A DNA stretch of 9,862 nucleotides from a virus. Its lineage: Duplodnaviria > Heunggongvirae > Uroviricota > Caudoviricetes. A program made the translations under genes and the position numbers. This document shows positions 7,602-9,862 of this stretch, in pieces; within the stretch, counting starts at the first letter, position 1, and each line of letters opens with the position of its first letter. Where the stretch lies: IMG/VR virus record IMGVR_UViG_2778261502_000003, positions 1 to 9,862 of that record; one strand, given 5' to 3'. The notes under the pieces were generated by a model. It had not been told where the DNA came from. It did not search any database and saw only the letters and a list, made by a program, of their open reading frames with translations.

Positions 7602-7635
7602 GGTTGGTGGGTTGGTGGGTTGGTGGGTTGGTGGG
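7602..7635. repeat. Perfect tandem octanucleotide repeat (GGTTGGTG)x4 plus a partial unit
   Basis: Four exact head-to-tail copies of GGTTGGTG at 7602-7633, followed by GG. A degenerate GTTGGTG also occurs about 70 bp away (about 7533). It lies in the non-coding region upstream of the GmrSD-like gene on the minus strand. The G-rich strand has four GGG runs. Confidence 0.9.
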
Positions 7636-8162
7636 AGTTAAATCCACATTGGTATGAATAACATAGAATATGAATTAGTGTTTCAGAATTGCTTCAGCCA
7701 TCACTTTTTAATACGTTCAATTTGAATGTTTATTTCCGAAACAATTTTTTCAGGTTTCAGTCCCTCGTTAGATTGCACAAAATCTCTAATTTGCATCATT
7801 CGATGTGCACAAATTTGTAATTCGCTATAAACACTTAGCTCGTCAGATTCATTTTGAGATTGTTCACCTGTTTAAAATTCTACATAAGTATGTGGCGGAT
7901 TGTGATAAACACGAGAAATCGGGGTTGGCCACCATTCCTCACCGGTCACTACGTCCGCATCGAATAGTACAGTTTTGTCAATTTCCATTAATTTCTGGAT
8001 AAGAACAGAAGTTTTCAAGCGAACCTCCATTTTGCCATAAAGTGGTTATCAAAACGCTACGTAAACTATACAAAATCAGCGAGTTATGGTGAAGGTAAAA
8101 AAACAAGTTTAGATGTTCGTTAAGTATAAAATTGTTTTAATTCAATTGGATATAATAATTTT

Positions 8163-8335
8163 CTAAATCTAATGTTACGCCATATGGGCTGGACTGAAGC
8201 CGCAGACCTGATTGTTAAAGGTATGGAAGGCGCAATCAATGCGAAGACCGTAACCTATGACTTCGAGCGTTTGATGGAAGGCGCTAAACTGCTGAAATGT
8301 TCAGAATTTGGTGATGCGATCATCAAGAACATGTA
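8163..8335 (+). pseudogene. icdC: icd 3'-terminal fragment (icdC-type remnant created by prophage integration into isocitrate dehydrogenase gene); marks attR
   Basis: Translation [54 protein letters not shown]-stop matches the C-terminal ~55 residues of E. coli isocitrate dehydrogenase as I remember them, with two substitutions. The sequence upstream of about 8163 is unrelated AT-rich DNA, so only the 3' end of the gene is present. Confidence 0.85.
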
Positions 8336-8359
8336 ATCACTACATGTGTTTAATATTGC

Positions 8360-8391
8360 AACGGGCGTATAACACGCCCGTTGTTTTATTT
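8360..8391 (+). terminator. Rho-independent terminator of icd
   Basis: AACGGGCGT-ATAAC-ACGCCCGTT is a perfect 9-bp stem, followed by TGTTTTATTT, 25 bp after the icd stop codon. Confidence 0.7.
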
Positions 8392-8438
8392 ATGTAGGTA
8401 TTATTAATAGCATATCGAGCATATTTATATAAAACCCT

Positions 8439-8762
8439 TTACTTGAGCCCATATGGGCATATTTTTATAATGCAACTATTATGCAAACATTTATTTGTTA
8501 TTTTGCTTTCTCCTGGAGGACACTCTTGACTGCTTTTGAGTAGACTCCATAAATCCTTGTTGAATGGTGCGATGTTATAAATAGTAATAGGATATTCTTT
8601 ATCTTTAAGGATAATTCCAGATTTAACCGGTGTAAATATACTGCCAGGAGGGAGAAATATAGTAGATTGATACCAGATGATCATTTTCATATTACCCCAT
8701 ATGGCTGAAAAAGATATGCCGCATGAAGGTTGAATTATCGTGTCAATTACTATCCACTTCAT
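8439..8762 (-). CDS. iraM: Anti-adaptor protein IraM (RpoS stabiliser, PhoPQ-regulated)
   Basis: 107-aa [35 protein letters not shown]...ICPYGLK matches my recollection of E. coli IraM (YcgW) nearly residue for residue. Its position immediately downstream of icdC and upstream of ycgX matches K-12 synteny. Very AT-rich. Confidence 0.8.
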   Translation of the reverse strand: MKWIVIDTIIQPSCGISFSAIWGNMKMIIWYQSTIFLPPGSIFTPVKSGIILKDKEYPITIYNIAPFNKDLWSLLKSSQECPPGESKITNKCLHNSCIIKICPYGLK

Positions 8763-9219
8763 TTGTTATGTCTTATCCCACGGTATTTAATATAGTTCAT
8801 TTGGATGTTCATTTCTTTATTTTGCATATGAGTATATTACCCCTTCAAAAAATAAATTAATTAAAACGATTGCTTATATAAAACAAAATTTAAAGCAAGG
8901 AATCTCAATGGATGTTAAACAAAATGAGATTTAGTGAAAACAATAAATTATTCACTTCGTTTTAGATTTGTTTAGCTATAATGTTATACATTCAAATGAC
9001 TGAACATCCTGTAATTAAAGCATAGCCTTTATGCTACTTTGTGCCAATTTGCTAAACATTATGGTTGCCTTTTTATATAACGATAATAATGAATATAAGC
9101 ATGACATGAGAATAAGGTTTCAATTTTTGAGTTATATAGGAAAGGTTTAACCTGTTCCTGGCTAAAATACATATAACTGGATGATGACTAAACCAAAACA
9201 CATGTGCGTTAAGTATTGA

Positions 9220-9250
9220 AACGGGCGTATGGCACACCCGTTGTTTTTAT
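9220..9250 (+). terminator. Orphan second copy of the icd-type terminator hairpin
   Basis: AACGGGCGT-ATGGCAC-ACCCGTT (one mismatch in the stem) followed by TGTTTTTAT. Together with its 5' flank (ACATGTGCGTTAAGTATTGA), about 50 bp are clearly homologous to 8343-8392. No plus-strand ORF precedes it. Confidence 0.45.
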
Positions 9251-9457
9251 AAATATATTAACCGTTATAAAATAACGTATAGAAAGTCAAGTGATCACAT
9301 TTCAAATATCAATTTGATAGTATTGGCATGGTGATTATTTATGGGTAGCAATAAAAGGACAGTATTTATCATCCATAGGGATAGTCTCTGTACTTTTATT
9401 CCCATTATGCTAATGCCTTACTGAATTATGAAGCATTTCTTAAGCATCCAACTTTAG

Positions 9458-9862
9458 CTAGATTAATGGTTTATTATTTTCTACATCTTCAATATATAAA
9501 AGCGTATTATCAATGGCGTAGTAACTGCGTTTGTTATGATTAACATCAGTAACCCAACGGAAAACGCCCGCGCCTGCTAGTGTTGAACAGTATTCCCGAA
9601 ATGTAGATTTTCCGCAAATATGAAGCAATGCGGCCTCTTTTATTTTAGCAGGGTTCTTGGTCGTACTAACTTTTAACAGGTTCCTGGTTCCTCTTAATAA
9701 CAAAACCGTGTCATCGTGAGTAATAATTCTGATGTTATCCGTAGCCAGATAATAAATGTAATGTGCAATACGGTGATGTTTTAATTCTGAATAAAACCAG
9801 GAGAAGTTTTGCTCTTTTCTCACTTGCTCAAACATCTTTTGAAAAACAACGACCTGATCCAT
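9458..9862 (-). CDS. ycgX: YcgX-like DUF1398 family protein
   Basis: 134-aa minus-strand ORF whose ATG is the last three bases of the window. Sequence and position (next gene after iraM) match E. coli ycgX as I recall it. If the true start lies further upstream it would be outside the window. Confidence 0.7.
   Translation of the reverse strand: MDQVVVFQKMFEQVRKEQNFSWFYSELKHHRIAHYIYYLATDNIRIITHDDTVLLLRGTRNLLKVSTTKNPAKIKEAALLHICGKSTFREYCSTLAGAGVFRWVTDVNHNKRSYYAIDNTLLYIEDVENNKPLI

Noticed and set aside
7805-8002. 65-aa plus-strand ORF in the AT-rich spacer before icdC
   Set aside because: No RBS and no motif; it overlaps the more interesting minus-strand interrupted frame; likely chance ORF in AT-rich DNA.
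8181-8703. Recurrent CCATATGG(G) palindromes at about 8181, 8446-8457 (GCCCATATGGGC) and about 8695
   Set aside because: Each lies inside a coding sequence (icd fragment, iraM C-terminus, iraM N-terminus) and is explained by the encoded residues (HMG, PYG, IWG); the short shared core is likely coincidence rather than a repeat family.
1-9862. CRISPR arrays, tRNA or rRNA genes, IS-element terminal inverted repeats with transposase
   Set aside because: No regularly spaced direct repeats, no cloverleaf-compatible segments noticed next to the integrase, and no transposase-like ORF. The only recombinases are the truncated tyrosine integrase and the truncated serine invertase.

Overview
This window is not ordinary core genome. 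Positions 1-8162 are one end of a heavily deleted e14-like (lambdoid, icd-integrating) prophage; 8163-9862 is the chromosomal flank beyond attR (icd 3' fragment, iraM, ycgX). Gene order: an unrecognised AT-rich 298-aa gene (minus) preceded by a near-consensus LexA box; a 5'-truncated lambda-family integrase; a 5'-truncated small terminase; an apparently intact large terminase; a small membrane ORF; an in-frame portal::major-capsid fusion; stubs of the tail-fibre/Pin invertible switch; an AT-rich cargo block carrying a GmrSD-like (DUF262-DUF1524) Type IV restriction enzyme on the minus strand, where E. coli K-12 e14 carries mcrA; a perfect (GGTTGGTG)x4 tandem repeat; the icdC-type icd 3' pseudogene with its terminator; iraM; a second, orphan copy of the icd terminator; ycgX. 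No rRNA, tRNA or CRISPR array was seen. The two items most worth follow-up are the SOS-box-controlled 298-aa cargo gene of unknown family and the defence-gene swap at the pin/attR end. All family assignments come from reading the translations against remembered family motifs; no database search was run and GC differences are judged by eye.
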